Assembly: GCA_046565985.1 (NCBI GenBank)
Contig: JBKHXN010000044.1
Span: 9,944-73,943, forward strand
Reading direction: 5' to 3'
Source: Gammaproteobacteria bacterium
GTDB taxonomy: Bacteria > Pseudomonadota > Gammaproteobacteria > Nevskiales > Nevskiaceae
Length of the DNA stretch: 64,000 bases
The notes under the pieces were generated by a model that searched no databases, was not told the DNA's origin, and saw only the letters and a program-made list of their open reading frames with translations. This document shows positions 54,744 to 63,313 of the stretch, in pieces (positions within the stretch are counted from its first letter, which is position 1; each line of letters begins with the position of its first letter). The position numbers were made by a program, and so were the translations under genes.

Positions 54744-55498
54744 GGGAGCCGGTAGCCGCGGTGCACGGCGACAATGCCGCCGGTCAGGTTGTATACCTGC
54801 ACGCGGCTCAGCCCGGCGCTTTCCATCATGCCCTTGAGCGTGGCCTGGTCCGGGTGCATGCGGATGGACTCGGCGAGATAGCGGTAGGACTCGGCATCGT
54901 TGGCCACCAGCCGGCCCATCAGCGGCAGCAGCTTGAAGGAATACTGGTCATAGACGCGCGACAGCGGCTCGCTCAGCGGGCGGGAGAATTCCAGCACCAG
55001 CAGGCGCCCGCCGGGCTTGAGGCAGCGGGTCATGGAGCGCAGCGCGGCGTCCTTGTCGGTGACGTTGCGCAGGCCGAAGCCGATGGTGATGCAGTCGAAG
55101 CTGGCCTCGGCAAACGGCAGCCTCTCGGCATTGGCCTGCGCCAGCGGCACGTTGACCACGCCCCGGTCGGCCAGCCGGGCGCGGCCCTCGCCCAGCATCG
55201 CGGCATTGATGTCGGAGAGGATCACCAGCCCCTGGTCGCCGGCCAGACGGGCAAATTCACGGGCGAGATCGCCGGTGCCCCCGGCCACGTCCAACACCCG
55301 TTCGCCGGGCCGCACGGCCGCGAGGTCGATGACGAAGCGCTTCCACAGGCGATGGATGCCGAGCGACATGAGATCGTTCATCACGTCGTACTTGCGCGCC
55401 ACGGAGGTGAAAACGCCGGCCACGCGCTGCTGCTTCTCGGTGACCGGCACCTGCTGGAAGCCGAAGTGGGTATAACCGGGTTTTTCTGAAGCGGACAT
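54740..55498 (-). CDS. ubiE: Ubiquinone/menaquinone C-methyltransferase UbiE
   Basis: [38 protein letters not shown] and [10 protein letters not shown]. Confidence 0.98.
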   Translation of the reverse strand: MSASEKPGYTHFGFQQVPVTEKQQRVAGVFTSVARKYDVMNDLMSLGIHRLWKRFVIDLAAVRPGERVLDVAGGTGDLAREFARLAGDQGLVILSDINAAMLGEGRARLADRGVVNVPLAQANAERLPFAEASFDCITIGFGLRNVTDKDAALRSMTRCLKPGGRLLVLEFSRPLSEPLSRVYDQYSFKLLPLMGRLVANDAESYRYLAESIRMHPDQATLKGMMESAGLSRVQVYNLTGGIVAVHRGYRLP

Positions 55499-55561
55499 GG
55501 GCGGCACGCAACCGGACGGGCCCACATTGTAGCGGCAAGCCCCGCGGCCCCGCCCTGCCGC

Positions 55562-55969
55562 TCAGGACCGTGGAGCGGCCGGCTTGCCGAGCGCGGAGAG
55601 CGTCACCACGTCGCGGTCGCGCGACATGCCGGCCTCGGCCAGACGCTCCAGATAGCGGGCCCAGTTGCGCGCCTGGTGGCGGGCAAGCTCGTGGAGCACG
55701 TCCCAGGAATACAGGCCGGTATCGTGCCCGTCATCGAAGCACAGGCGCACCGCATAGTGGCCTACCGGTTCGATGCGGGCGATGTTGACGTTGCGCCGGC
55801 CGCCCACCAGCAAGGGCTCCGGCAGGCCGTGACCACGCAGCTCCGCGCTGGGGGAGAACACCCGCAGGTACTCGCAGGGCAGCTGCGCCTGGGTACCGTC
55901 GGCAAACTCCACGTCCAGCACCCGCGACTGGCAGTGCAGCCTGAGCGCGGTGACGGCCGTGCCGCTCAC
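55562..55969 (-). CDS. DUF971 (gamma-butyrobetaine hydroxylase-like N-terminal) protein
   Basis: [21 protein letters not shown] and [13 protein letters not shown]. Confidence 0.92.
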   Translation of the reverse strand: MSGTAVTALRLHCQSRVLDVEFADGTQAQLPCEYLRVFSPSAELRGHGLPEPLLVGGRRNVNIARIEPVGHYAVRLCFDDGHDTGLYSWDVLHELARHQARNWARYLERLAEAGMSRDRDVVTLSALGKPAAPRS

Positions 55970-57321
55970 AGGATGTACCGGGCCAGATCCTCGTCGCCGG
56001 CCAGCTTGCTGAGCTTGCCGGTGACATAGGCGGCGTCGATCTGCAGCGTGGTGCCGGCGCGTTCCGGTGCGTCAAAGGCAATCTCTTCGAGCAGGCGTTC
56101 CAGCACGGTGTGCAGGCGGCGGGCGCCGATGTTCTCGGTGCGCTCGTTGACCTGGAAGGCCACCTCGGCGATGCGCTGCACGCCGTCGGGGCTGAACTCC
56201 ACGGTCACGCCTTCGGTGGAGAGCAGGGCCTTGTACTGCTCGGTCAGCGAGTAGTGCGGCTCGGTGAGGATACGCACGAAATCGGCGGTTGCCAGCGCAT
56301 CCAGCTCGACACGGATCGGCAGACGGCCCTGCAGTTCCGGGATCAGGTCCGAGGGCTTGGCCAGGTGAAAGGCGCCGCTGGCGATGAACAGGATGTGGTC
56401 GGTACGCACCATGCCGTACTTGGTGCTGATGGTGCTGCCTTCCACCAGCGGCAGCAGGTCGCGCTGCACGCCTTCGCGGGAGATGTCGCTGCCGGCAAAT
56501 TCGCCGCGCTTGCAGACCTTGTCCAGCTCGTCGATGAAGACGATGCCGTTTTCCTCGGCATTCTTCAGCGCCTCGGCACGGATCGCTTCCTCGTCCACCA
56601 GGCGCGCGGCCTCCTCGTCGGCGAGCTGCTTGAGCGCGTCGGCGATCTTGATCTTGCGGCTGCGTGCCTTGCCGCCTCCCAGATTGGCGAACATGGACTG
56701 CAGCTGCTGGGTCATTTCCTCCATGCCCGGCGGGCCCATCAGCTCCACGCGCGGGCTGGGCGCGCTGAGCTTGATCTCGATCTCGCGGTCGTTGAGCTTG
56801 CCCTCGCGCAGCTGTTTGCGGAATACCTGGCGTGCGGCCGAATTCTCCGTATGGCGCTGCTCGCTGGCCTCGCCAAAATCCTTGGGTGGCGGCAGCAGCG
56901 CATCCAGCACCCGCTCCTCGGCGGCCAGCGCGGCGCGGTCCGCCACCTGGCGCATGGCCCGCTCGCGGGTCTGCTTGATGGCGATCTCCATGAGGTCACG
57001 GATGATCGAATCCACGTCCTTGCCCACATAACCCACCTCGGTGAACTTGGTGGCCTCCACCTTCACGAAGGGCGCGTTGGCCAGGGTGGCGAGGCGGCGC
57101 GCGATCTCGGTCTTGCCGACGCCGGTGGGCCCGATCATCAGGATGTTCTTGGGGTGGATCTCGGTGCGCATCGGCCCTTCCAGCCGGCTGCGCCGCCAGC
57201 GGTTGCGCAGGGCGATGGCAACCGCGCGCTTGGCGGCGGCCTGGCCGACGATGTGCTGGTCCAGGGCCTGCACGATCTCGCGCGGCGTGAGCACCGCGGC
57301 GGCTTCAGCAGGGGCGCTCAT
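55966..57321 (-). CDS. hslU: ATP-dependent protease ATPase subunit HslU
   Basis: [28 protein letters not shown] and NIGARRL. Confidence 0.99.
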   Translation of the reverse strand: MSAPAEAAAVLTPREIVQALDQHIVGQAAAKRAVAIALRNRWRRSRLEGPMRTEIHPKNILMIGPTGVGKTEIARRLATLANAPFVKVEATKFTEVGYVGKDVDSIIRDLMEIAIKQTRERAMRQVADRAALAAEERVLDALLPPPKDFGEASEQRHTENSAARQVFRKQLREGKLNDREIEIKLSAPSPRVELMGPPGMEEMTQQLQSMFANLGGGKARSRKIKIADALKQLADEEAARLVDEEAIRAEALKNAEENGIVFIDELDKVCKRGEFAGSDISREGVQRDLLPLVEGSTISTKYGMVRTDHILFIASGAFHLAKPSDLIPELQGRLPIRVELDALATADFVRILTEPHYSLTEQYKALLSTEGVTVEFSPDGVQRIAEVAFQVNERTENIGARRLHTVLERLLEEIAFDAPERAGTTLQIDAAYVTGKLSKLAGDEDLARYIL

Positions 57322-57857
57322 TCAAACGTCTCGATGGTCAGGGAATGATTGGTATAGATGCAGATGTCGGCCGCGATGTGCAGGGATTTCTCCACCACCT
57401 CGCGCGCGCTCAGTGCGCTGTTGTGCACCAGCGCCAGCGCGGCGGCCTGGGCGAAGGCGCCGCCGCTGCCGATGGCCATGACGCCGTGAGGCTCGGGCTC
57501 CATCACGTCGCCGTTGCCGGTGATCATCAGCGAGGTGTCGCGGTCGGCGACCAGCAGCAGGGCTTCCAGGCGCCGCAGCATGCGGTCGGTGCGCCAGTCC
57601 TTGGCCAGCTCCACGGCGGCGCGCAGCAGGTGGCCGCTGTGCTTTTCCAGCTTGCCCTCGAAGCGCTCGAAGAGCGTGAAGGCATCGGCCGTGCCGCCGG
57701 CGAATCCGGCGATCACCTGGCCGTTGTAGAGGCGCCGTACCTTGCGCGCGTTGCCCTTGATGCGCGTGTTGCCCAGCGAGACCTGTCCGTCTCCGCCCAG
57801 GGCCACGTGGCCGTCCTTGCGGACGCTGAGGATGGTGGTGCCGTCAAATTGCTGCAT
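57318..57857 (-). CDS. hslV: ATP-dependent protease peptidase subunit HslV
   Basis: [24 protein letters not shown] and IGSGG. Confidence 0.99.
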   Translation of the reverse strand: MQQFDGTTILSVRKDGHVALGGDGQVSLGNTRIKGNARKVRRLYNGQVIAGFAGGTADAFTLFERFEGKLEKHSGHLLRAAVELAKDWRTDRMLRRLEALLLVADRDTSLMITGNGDVMEPEPHGVMAIGSGGAFAQAAALALVHNSALSAREVVEKSLHIAADICIYTNHSLTIETFE

Positions 57858-57885
57858 GGGGGTTTCCGGTGTGCGCGTCTGATCA

Positions 57886-57913
57886 AGCTGGGGGGTCTTG
57901 CCCGGCTTTCAAG
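57886..57913 (-). promoter_or_regulatory. Candidate sigma32 (RpoH) heat-shock promoter of hslVU
   Basis: Minus strand CTTGAAA-N13-CCCCAGCT, compared with the RpoH consensus CTTGAAA-N13/14-CCCCATNT. Confidence 0.75.
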
Positions 57914-57940
57914 CGGCGGCGGCCCTGATGCGGGAGCGGC

Positions 57941-58219
57941 TCACTGGTACTCGTTGGGCAGCGCCGGGGCTGGGGCCGCCTCGCAGCGGGCGCGCGGCTC
58001 GGCGGTACAGTCGCAGACCGCCGCCTCGCCGGCGGCGCACTGGATGGAGGCGGTCAGCCCCGCGCCGCAGTCCAGGCTGCAGGACTGCGCCACGGAAGCG
58101 GCGGCGGCGGCGTCGGCCTGCGCTTCCTGCGCGCTGGCGGCGGGGGCTTCGGCGGGTGGCTGGCCGCAGGCGCAGAGCAGCAGGGCCAGACTCAGGAGGG
58201 GCAGCAGCGGGCGATTCAT
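57941..58219 (-). CDS. Small Cys-rich putative lipoprotein of unknown function
   Basis: GGAG SD, MNRPLLPLLSLALLLCAC lipobox, Ala-rich linker and six further Cys. It fills an otherwise empty gap. Confidence 0.72.
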   Translation of the reverse strand: MNRPLLPLLSLALLLCACGQPPAEAPAASAQEAQADAAAAASVAQSCSLDCGAGLTASIQCAAGEAAVCDCTAEPRARCEAAPAPALPNEYQ

Positions 58220-58299
58220 CTTCACGACTCCGGGGATACGGCGCCGGGCGCCGGGGGTCTGCATTATCCGCGTCTGCGGCGGCGGCTCAAGGACGGCGG

Positions 58300-59220
58300 T
58301 CACGTCCGGCGCTGGCGGGCGCGCGGGTGGGCCGCGTCGTACACCTCGGCCAGATGGCGGAAATCCAGATGCGTGTAGATCTGTGTGGTGGACAGGTGCG
58401 CGTGGCCGAGCAGTTCCTGCACCGCGCGCAGATCACCGCTTTCTTCCAGCAGATGGGTGGCAAAGGCGTGGCGCAGCCGGTGCGGGTGCAGATGGGCACC
58501 CAGGCCGGTGCGCTGCGCCCAGGCCTTGAGCAGCACGCCGATCTGCGAACGGCCCAGGCGCCGGCCGCGGGCGCCGACGAACAGCGCCGGCTCGTCCGCT
58601 GCCGCCAGCTGCGCACGCAGCGCCAGCCAGGCGTCCAGCGCCGCACGGGCCTGGCTGCCGATCAGCGCGACGCGCTCCTTGTTGCCCTTGCCGATGATGC
58701 GCAGCTCGGTCTGCCCGCCGGAGACGGCGGCGAGATCGAGCCCGTGCAGCTCGGCCAGGCGCAGGCCGGCGGAGTAGAACAGTTCCACCAGGGCGCGGTC
58801 GCGGCATTGCGCGGGACCGCTGGCGGGCTGGTCGAGGGCGTGCGCCAGCGCCTGCGCCTCGATCACGCCGGGCAGCTTGCGCCGGTGGCGCGGTGCCCGC
58901 ACCCCGGCGGCCGGGTTGTGCGCCATGCGGCCGTGCTTGAGCTGCTCGCGGAAGAAGCTGCGCAGGCTCGACAGATAGCGCTGCAGGCTGGCCGGCTGGT
59001 GGCCGGCACGGTGCAGGCCGGTGATGAAGCCGCGCACGGCGTGTTCGTCGAGCTGCTCGGGGCCGGTATAGCCGGCACGGGTGCAGTAGCGCGCAAACTG
59101 ATCCAGGTCACGGCGCACCGCGTCGAGGGTGTTGAGCGGAGATTGGCGCTCCACCGCCCGGCTGCGCAGGTACTCCGCGGCCCAGGCCGCGAGCCAGGCC
59201 GCGGGGGGCTCGTCGTTCAC
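58300..59220 (-). CDS. xerC: Tyrosine recombinase XerC
   Basis: R-K-H-R-H-Y catalytic set (GLRLAEL, GKGNKER, HPHRLRH, LGH, TQIYTH); dapF-DUF484-xerC synteny; GTG start. Confidence 0.95.
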   Translation of the reverse strand: MNDEPPAAWLAAWAAEYLRSRAVERQSPLNTLDAVRRDLDQFARYCTRAGYTGPEQLDEHAVRGFITGLHRAGHQPASLQRYLSSLRSFFREQLKHGRMAHNPAAGVRAPRHRRKLPGVIEAQALAHALDQPASGPAQCRDRALVELFYSAGLRLAELHGLDLAAVSGGQTELRIIGKGNKERVALIGSQARAALDAWLALRAQLAAADEPALFVGARGRRLGRSQIGVLLKAWAQRTGLGAHLHPHRLRHAFATHLLEESGDLRAVQELLGHAHLSTTQIYTHLDFRHLAEVYDAAHPRARQRRT

Positions 59221-59927
59221 CCCAGCCGGGCCCGGACGGCGGCGGCCACCAGCTCCGCCGTCATCTCCAGGAACAGCTTGCCCTGACGGGGCTGGAAGCG
59301 CTCCGGGTCCCGCGAGGCGAACACCAGCATGCCCAGGTGCTTTTCCTTTTCCAGCGGCACGATGGCCGCCGACTGTGGCAGCGGATCGGCCTTGGGGAAC
59401 AGCAGGCGGGCGCCGGGCTCGGCCAGCGGGCCGCATTCGATCAGGCGGGTGCGCATGAAATTCTCGAACGCCCGGGCGATGCGGCCCTCGGGGTCCAGCG
59501 GGGTGAGCCCGTCGATGTCGTGGCGCTTGTAATAGACGCTGCTGAGCCCGACGAAGACTTCGTCCACGTCGAAGTCATCGCGCATGCACTGCCTGAGCCC
59601 GGCCACCACACCGGCCAGCGAGGGCGCGCGGATCAGGGTGCGGGCCAGACGATGGACGTTGCCGGCCCGGCCCTCGTTTTCACGCGCGGCTTCCAGCAGC
59701 CGGCCCAGGCGCTCCTCAAGCCGCGCGTTGCGGGCGCGCAGCACGTCCACCTGCTTTTCCATCAGCGAGACCGCCGAACCAGCCTTGTGGCGCAGCTCGA
59801 TCTCGCCCAGCGCGTCCGGAAAGCGGGTGAAGAGATCCGGCCGGGCCTTGAGGTAGGCGACGATCTCGGTCTCGTCCAGGTCCGGCACCGGCGCGGTTTC
59901 CGGTTTGATGTTCTTTACTTCGGCCAC
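59217..59927 (-). CDS. DUF484 family protein (YigA-like)
   Basis: IVAYLKARPDLF, AVSLMEKQVDVLR and SRDPERF..G.LFL; synteny. The start codon is inferred. Confidence 0.9.
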   Translation of the reverse strand: MAEVKNIKPETAPVPDLDETEIVAYLKARPDLFTRFPDALGEIELRHKAGSAVSLMEKQVDVLRARNARLEERLGRLLEAARENEGRAGNVHRLARTLIRAPSLAGVVAGLRQCMRDDFDVDEVFVGLSSVYYKRHDIDGLTPLDPEGRIARAFENFMRTRLIECGPLAEPGARLLFPKADPLPQSAAIVPLEKEKHLGMLVFASRDPERFQPRQGKLFLEMTAELVAAAVRARLG

Positions 59928-60754
59928 TGCAGTTCCCCTGTGTAAACCGTCTCGGCCGGCCCGGTCATCCACACCGGCCGCCCCTCCCCTTCCCACTCCA
60001 GCGTGAGCATACCGCCCCGCACGGCCACGTCCACCCGCGGGCCCAGCTCGCCCCAGAGCCGGCCGGCGACCACCGCCGCGCAGGCGCCGCTGCCGCAGGC
60101 CAGGGTCTCGCCCGCGCCGCGCTCGTAAACGCGCAGGCGGGCGTGGGCGGAATCCTCGATCTGCAGAAAGCCCACATTCACCCCCTGCGGGAACTGCGGC
60201 TGCGCCTGCAGCAGCGGGCCCAAGTCGGCGACCGGGGCGGTGTCCGCGTCATCCACGCGCAGCACGGCGTGGGGGTTGCCCATGGAGACTGCGGCAAAGC
60301 GCGCTGATTCGCCCCCGGGCAGGGGCAGCGTGTACCAGCGCTGGCGCGCCGGCGCGGTGTAGGGCACCTCGGCCGGCTCCAGGCCGGGCGGCCCCATGTT
60401 GACGCGCACCCGGCCGTCATCGAGCACCTGCAGCTCCAGCACCCGGCTCAGCGTGCGCACGCGGATGCGGCGCTGGGCGGTGAGGCCCTGCGCGCGCAGA
60501 AAATGGGCGAGGCAGCGCGAGCCGTTGCCGCACTGGCCCACTTCCGAGCCGTCCGGGTTGAAGATGCGGTAATTGAAGTCCACGTCCGGCGCGTCCGGCG
60601 CCTCGGCCACCAGCACCTGATCGCAGCCGACGCCGAAGCGGCGGTCGGTGAGCCGCAGCAGCAGCTCCGGCGTGGGGCGAAAGGGCGTGCGCGTGGCGTC
60701 AATGACGACAAAGTCATTCCCGGTACCGTGCATCTTGGTGAAGCGCAGCGTCAT
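59915..60754 (-). CDS. dapF: Diaminopimelate epimerase
   Basis: KMHGTGNDF, CGNGSRC, MGNPH and ERGAGETLACGSGAC. Confidence 0.98.
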   Translation of the reverse strand: MTLRFTKMHGTGNDFVVIDATRTPFRPTPELLLRLTDRRFGVGCDQVLVAEAPDAPDVDFNYRIFNPDGSEVGQCGNGSRCLAHFLRAQGLTAQRRIRVRTLSRVLELQVLDDGRVRVNMGPPGLEPAEVPYTAPARQRWYTLPLPGGESARFAAVSMGNPHAVLRVDDADTAPVADLGPLLQAQPQFPQGVNVGFLQIEDSAHARLRVYERGAGETLACGSGACAAVVAGRLWGELGPRVDVAVRGGMLTLEWEGEGRPVWMTGPAETVYTGELQWPK

Positions 60755-60851
60755 GCGCGGATTCTAGGGCCTGGCCCGCATTTCTCACAGGGTCGCCTTC
60801 GATCCGAGCTGCGGGAGAGACCGAGGCCCGGCGGCAGGCTACCATCGCGGC

Positions 60852-61244
60852 ATGGATGATCGGGTTCGGCATACCGGAGGCTGTCACTGCGGCGCGGTGC
60901 GCTTTGCGGTGCGGGCTCCGGCGCGTCTCACGGTGCAGCGCTGCAACTGCTCCATGTGCGCGCGCACCGGCTACGAGCACCTGATCGTGCCCGCCGCCGA
61001 CTTCGATCTGCTCAGCGGCGCGGAACAGCTGAGCACCTACACCTTCCATACCGGGACCGCGCGGCATCTGTTCTGCCGCATCTGCGGCATCAAGTCCTTC
61101 TACGTTCCGCGCTCCAACCCGGACGGCTACTCGGTGAACCTGCGCTGCCTGGACCCCGGTACCGTGGAAGCGGTGCACTACGAGGAATTCGACGGCCAGA
61201 ACTGGGAAGCGCACGGCGCGCGGCTGCGCCACCTCAGCCGTTGA
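60852..61244 (+). CDS. GFA/CENP-V family zinc protein
   Basis: GGCHCGAVRF, CNCSMC and FCRICG. Confidence 0.93.
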   Translation: MDDRVRHTGGCHCGAVRFAVRAPARLTVQRCNCSMCARTGYEHLIVPAADFDLLSGAEQLSTYTFHTGTARHLFCRICGIKSFYVPRSNPDGYSVNLRCLDPGTVEAVHYEEFDGQNWEAHGARLRHLSR

Positions 61245-62145
61245 GCGTCCCGTAGAGGCCACGTTGCCAGTCGATCAGGATCTGCGCCAGCGCCTCGCCC
61301 TGGTCTTCCTGGATGAAATGGCCGGCCGCGCGCACCGTGGTGTGCGGCTGGCCGTGGGCGCCGGGGATATGTTCCTGCAGCAGGCGGTCGGCGCCGCGCG
61401 TGATCGGATCGCGGCTGGCAAAGGCGGTGAGGAAGGGCTTGCGCCACTGTCCGAGCGCGTCCCAGGCGGCACGGTTGGCGGGCACCGCCGGATCCTGTTC
61501 ATGGGCCGGCACCAGCGCCGGAAAGGCGCGGGCCGCCACCTTGTGGGCGCGCGTGGGAAACGGCGCATCGTAGGCCGCCCGTTCCTGGGGCGTGAGCCGG
61601 CGCACGCAGCCGGACTGCACGATGCGCCCGATGGGAAACCAGGGCGAATGCAGGGCGAAGGCCCGCCACAGTCTGAACGCCAGCGGCAGCGGATGCCGCG
61701 CCGTGGGCAGGAAGCCGTTGGAGACGGCGATGCGCCCGAAGCGCTCGCCCGCCAGCCCCGCGATGCGCAGGCCCAGCAGTGAGCCCCAGTCCTGACAGAA
61801 CAGGGTGATGTCGCGCAGGTCCAGTCCCTCGATGAACTGCTGCACCCAGCGCGCGTGTTGGTCATAGCTGTAGGCGCTCAGGGCGGCGGGCTTGTCGGAC
61901 TTGCCGAAGCCGATCAGATCCGGCGCCACCACACGGTACCCGGCCGCCGCCAGCGGCGGGATCATCTTGCGGTACAGGTAGCTCCAGGTCGGCTCACCGT
62001 GCAGCAACAGCATCACCGGCCCCGAGCGCGGACCCTCGTCCACGTAGTGCATGCGCAGGCCGTCGGGCAGCAGCAGATGGTGCGGCACGAACGGGTATCC
62101 GGGCAGGTCGTGGAAACGGGCTTCCGGCGTGCGGAGGATGTCCAT
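61234..62145 (-). CDS. Haloalkane dehalogenase (alpha/beta hydrolase)
   Basis: LLLHGEPTWSYLY, QDWGS nucleophile Asp-Trp and AGHFIQED; ATG at 62145 with a GGAG SD. Confidence 0.9.
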   Translation of the reverse strand: MDILRTPEARFHDLPGYPFVPHHLLLPDGLRMHYVDEGPRSGPVMLLLHGEPTWSYLYRKMIPPLAAAGYRVVAPDLIGFGKSDKPAALSAYSYDQHARWVQQFIEGLDLRDITLFCQDWGSLLGLRIAGLAGERFGRIAVSNGFLPTARHPLPLAFRLWRAFALHSPWFPIGRIVQSGCVRRLTPQERAAYDAPFPTRAHKVAARAFPALVPAHEQDPAVPANRAAWDALGQWRKPFLTAFASRDPITRGADRLLQEHIPGAHGQPHTTVRAAGHFIQEDQGEALAQILIDWQRGLYGTLNG

Positions 62146-62251
62146 GTCTGCGGCTCCAGCGAGGGTGGCGCCGCATGATGCCGGGTTTTTGACCGCCCCA
62201 GAAGGCCGTGCTACAAGAATCGCCAGCAAAAACAAGGCAAGGGAGCGGCTC

Positions 62252-63277
62252 GTGAAAGTGTTGGCGGCGGATATTGGCTTTGGCTATACCAAGGCCACGG
62301 ACGGTCGGCAGTTCCAGATTTTCAAATCCATACTCGGCGAGGCCAACGAGGCCCAGTTTGCCGAATCCCTGCTGCCCGCCACCCAGGCGCAGCCCCGCCA
62401 CTTCGAGATCGGCGACGAGGCCTTTTTTGTCGGCGACCTGGCCGAAACCCAGTCCCGCGGACGCAGCTTCACGCTCGACCCGGTGCAGTTCCTCAGCCAG
62501 CAGGCCCAGCGTCTGGCGCTGGCCGGCCTGGCGCCGCTGGCGGCCGACAACGAACCCCTGCGGGTGGTCACCGGGCTGCCGATCAGCTTCTTCCGCCGCC
62601 ACAAGGACACCCTCACCGCCCTGCTGCAGGGGCGGCACAAGATCACCATCGTGCAGGCCAACGGCACGCGCGAGGAAAAGACCCTGTACATCGAGCGCGC
62701 CCGCGTCATCCCGCAGCCGTTCGGCAGCATGTTCAACCTCATGCTCAACAACGTGGGCAAGCCCGCCAGCCAGCGCTTCCTGAGCGAGAAGATCGGCATC
62801 ATCGACATCGGCTTCCGCACTGCCGACTACGCGGTGTGCGACAAGACCAAGTATTCCGAGCGCGGCAGCCAGTCCACCGACTCCGGCATGTCCATGGCCT
62901 ACAGCGCCATCGTCAATTACCTGCACGAGAAATCCGGGGTCAATATCGAGCTGTTCCGCCTCTACGAGGGCATCAGCCGCGGCAGCATCAAGATCAAGGG
63001 CAAGCTCTACGATCTCAAGCCGATCACCGAGCAGGCCTTCACCTACCTGGCCAGCCGCATTGCCACGGAAGTGAACCGCTTGTGGTCGGACGACTGGGAC
63101 ATCGACGCCATCGTGCTGACCGGCGGCGGCAGCACCGTGCTGGCCAAGCATCTCACCCCGCTGCTGGAGGGCGAGGTGCTGCCCATCCCCCCCGAAACCG
63201 ACGGCCGTCTCAACAACGTCAGCGGCTATTACAAGTACGGCCTGCACGTGTGGGGGAATGCACCGGCAACGGCCTGA
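62252..63277 (+). CDS. ParM/StbA-like bacterial actin homolog
   Basis: Actin-fold motifs: phosphate-1 DIGFGYTK, connect-1 IPQPFGS, phosphate-2 DIGFRTAD, adenosine VLTGGGS and connect-2 NVSGYYKYG. GTG start with an AAGGGAG SD. Confidence 0.88.
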   Translation: MKVLAADIGFGYTKATDGRQFQIFKSILGEANEAQFAESLLPATQAQPRHFEIGDEAFFVGDLAETQSRGRSFTLDPVQFLSQQAQRLALAGLAPLAADNEPLRVVTGLPISFFRRHKDTLTALLQGRHKITIVQANGTREEKTLYIERARVIPQPFGSMFNLMLNNVGKPASQRFLSEKIGIIDIGFRTADYAVCDKTKYSERGSQSTDSGMSMAYSAIVNYLHEKSGVNIELFRLYEGISRGSIKIKGKLYDLKPITEQAFTYLASRIATEVNRLWSDDWDIDAIVLTGGGSTVLAKHLTPLLEGEVLPIPPETDGRLNNVSGYYKYGLHVWGNAPATA

Positions 63278-63280
63278 GGC

Positions 63281-63305
63281 AGGCCCGCGGTCGCGGGCCT
63301 TTGTT
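63281..63305 (+). terminator. Candidate terminator between the convergent actin-like and WS/DGAT genes
   Basis: AGGCCCGC-ggtc-GCGGGCCT-TTGTT. Confidence 0.6.
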
Positions 63306-63313
63306 CAGCTTGC

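Noticed and set aside
58300-59220. Tyrosine recombinase as an integrase of a genomic island
   Set aside because: It lies in the canonical dapF-DUF484-xerC operon, with no att sites or cargo.
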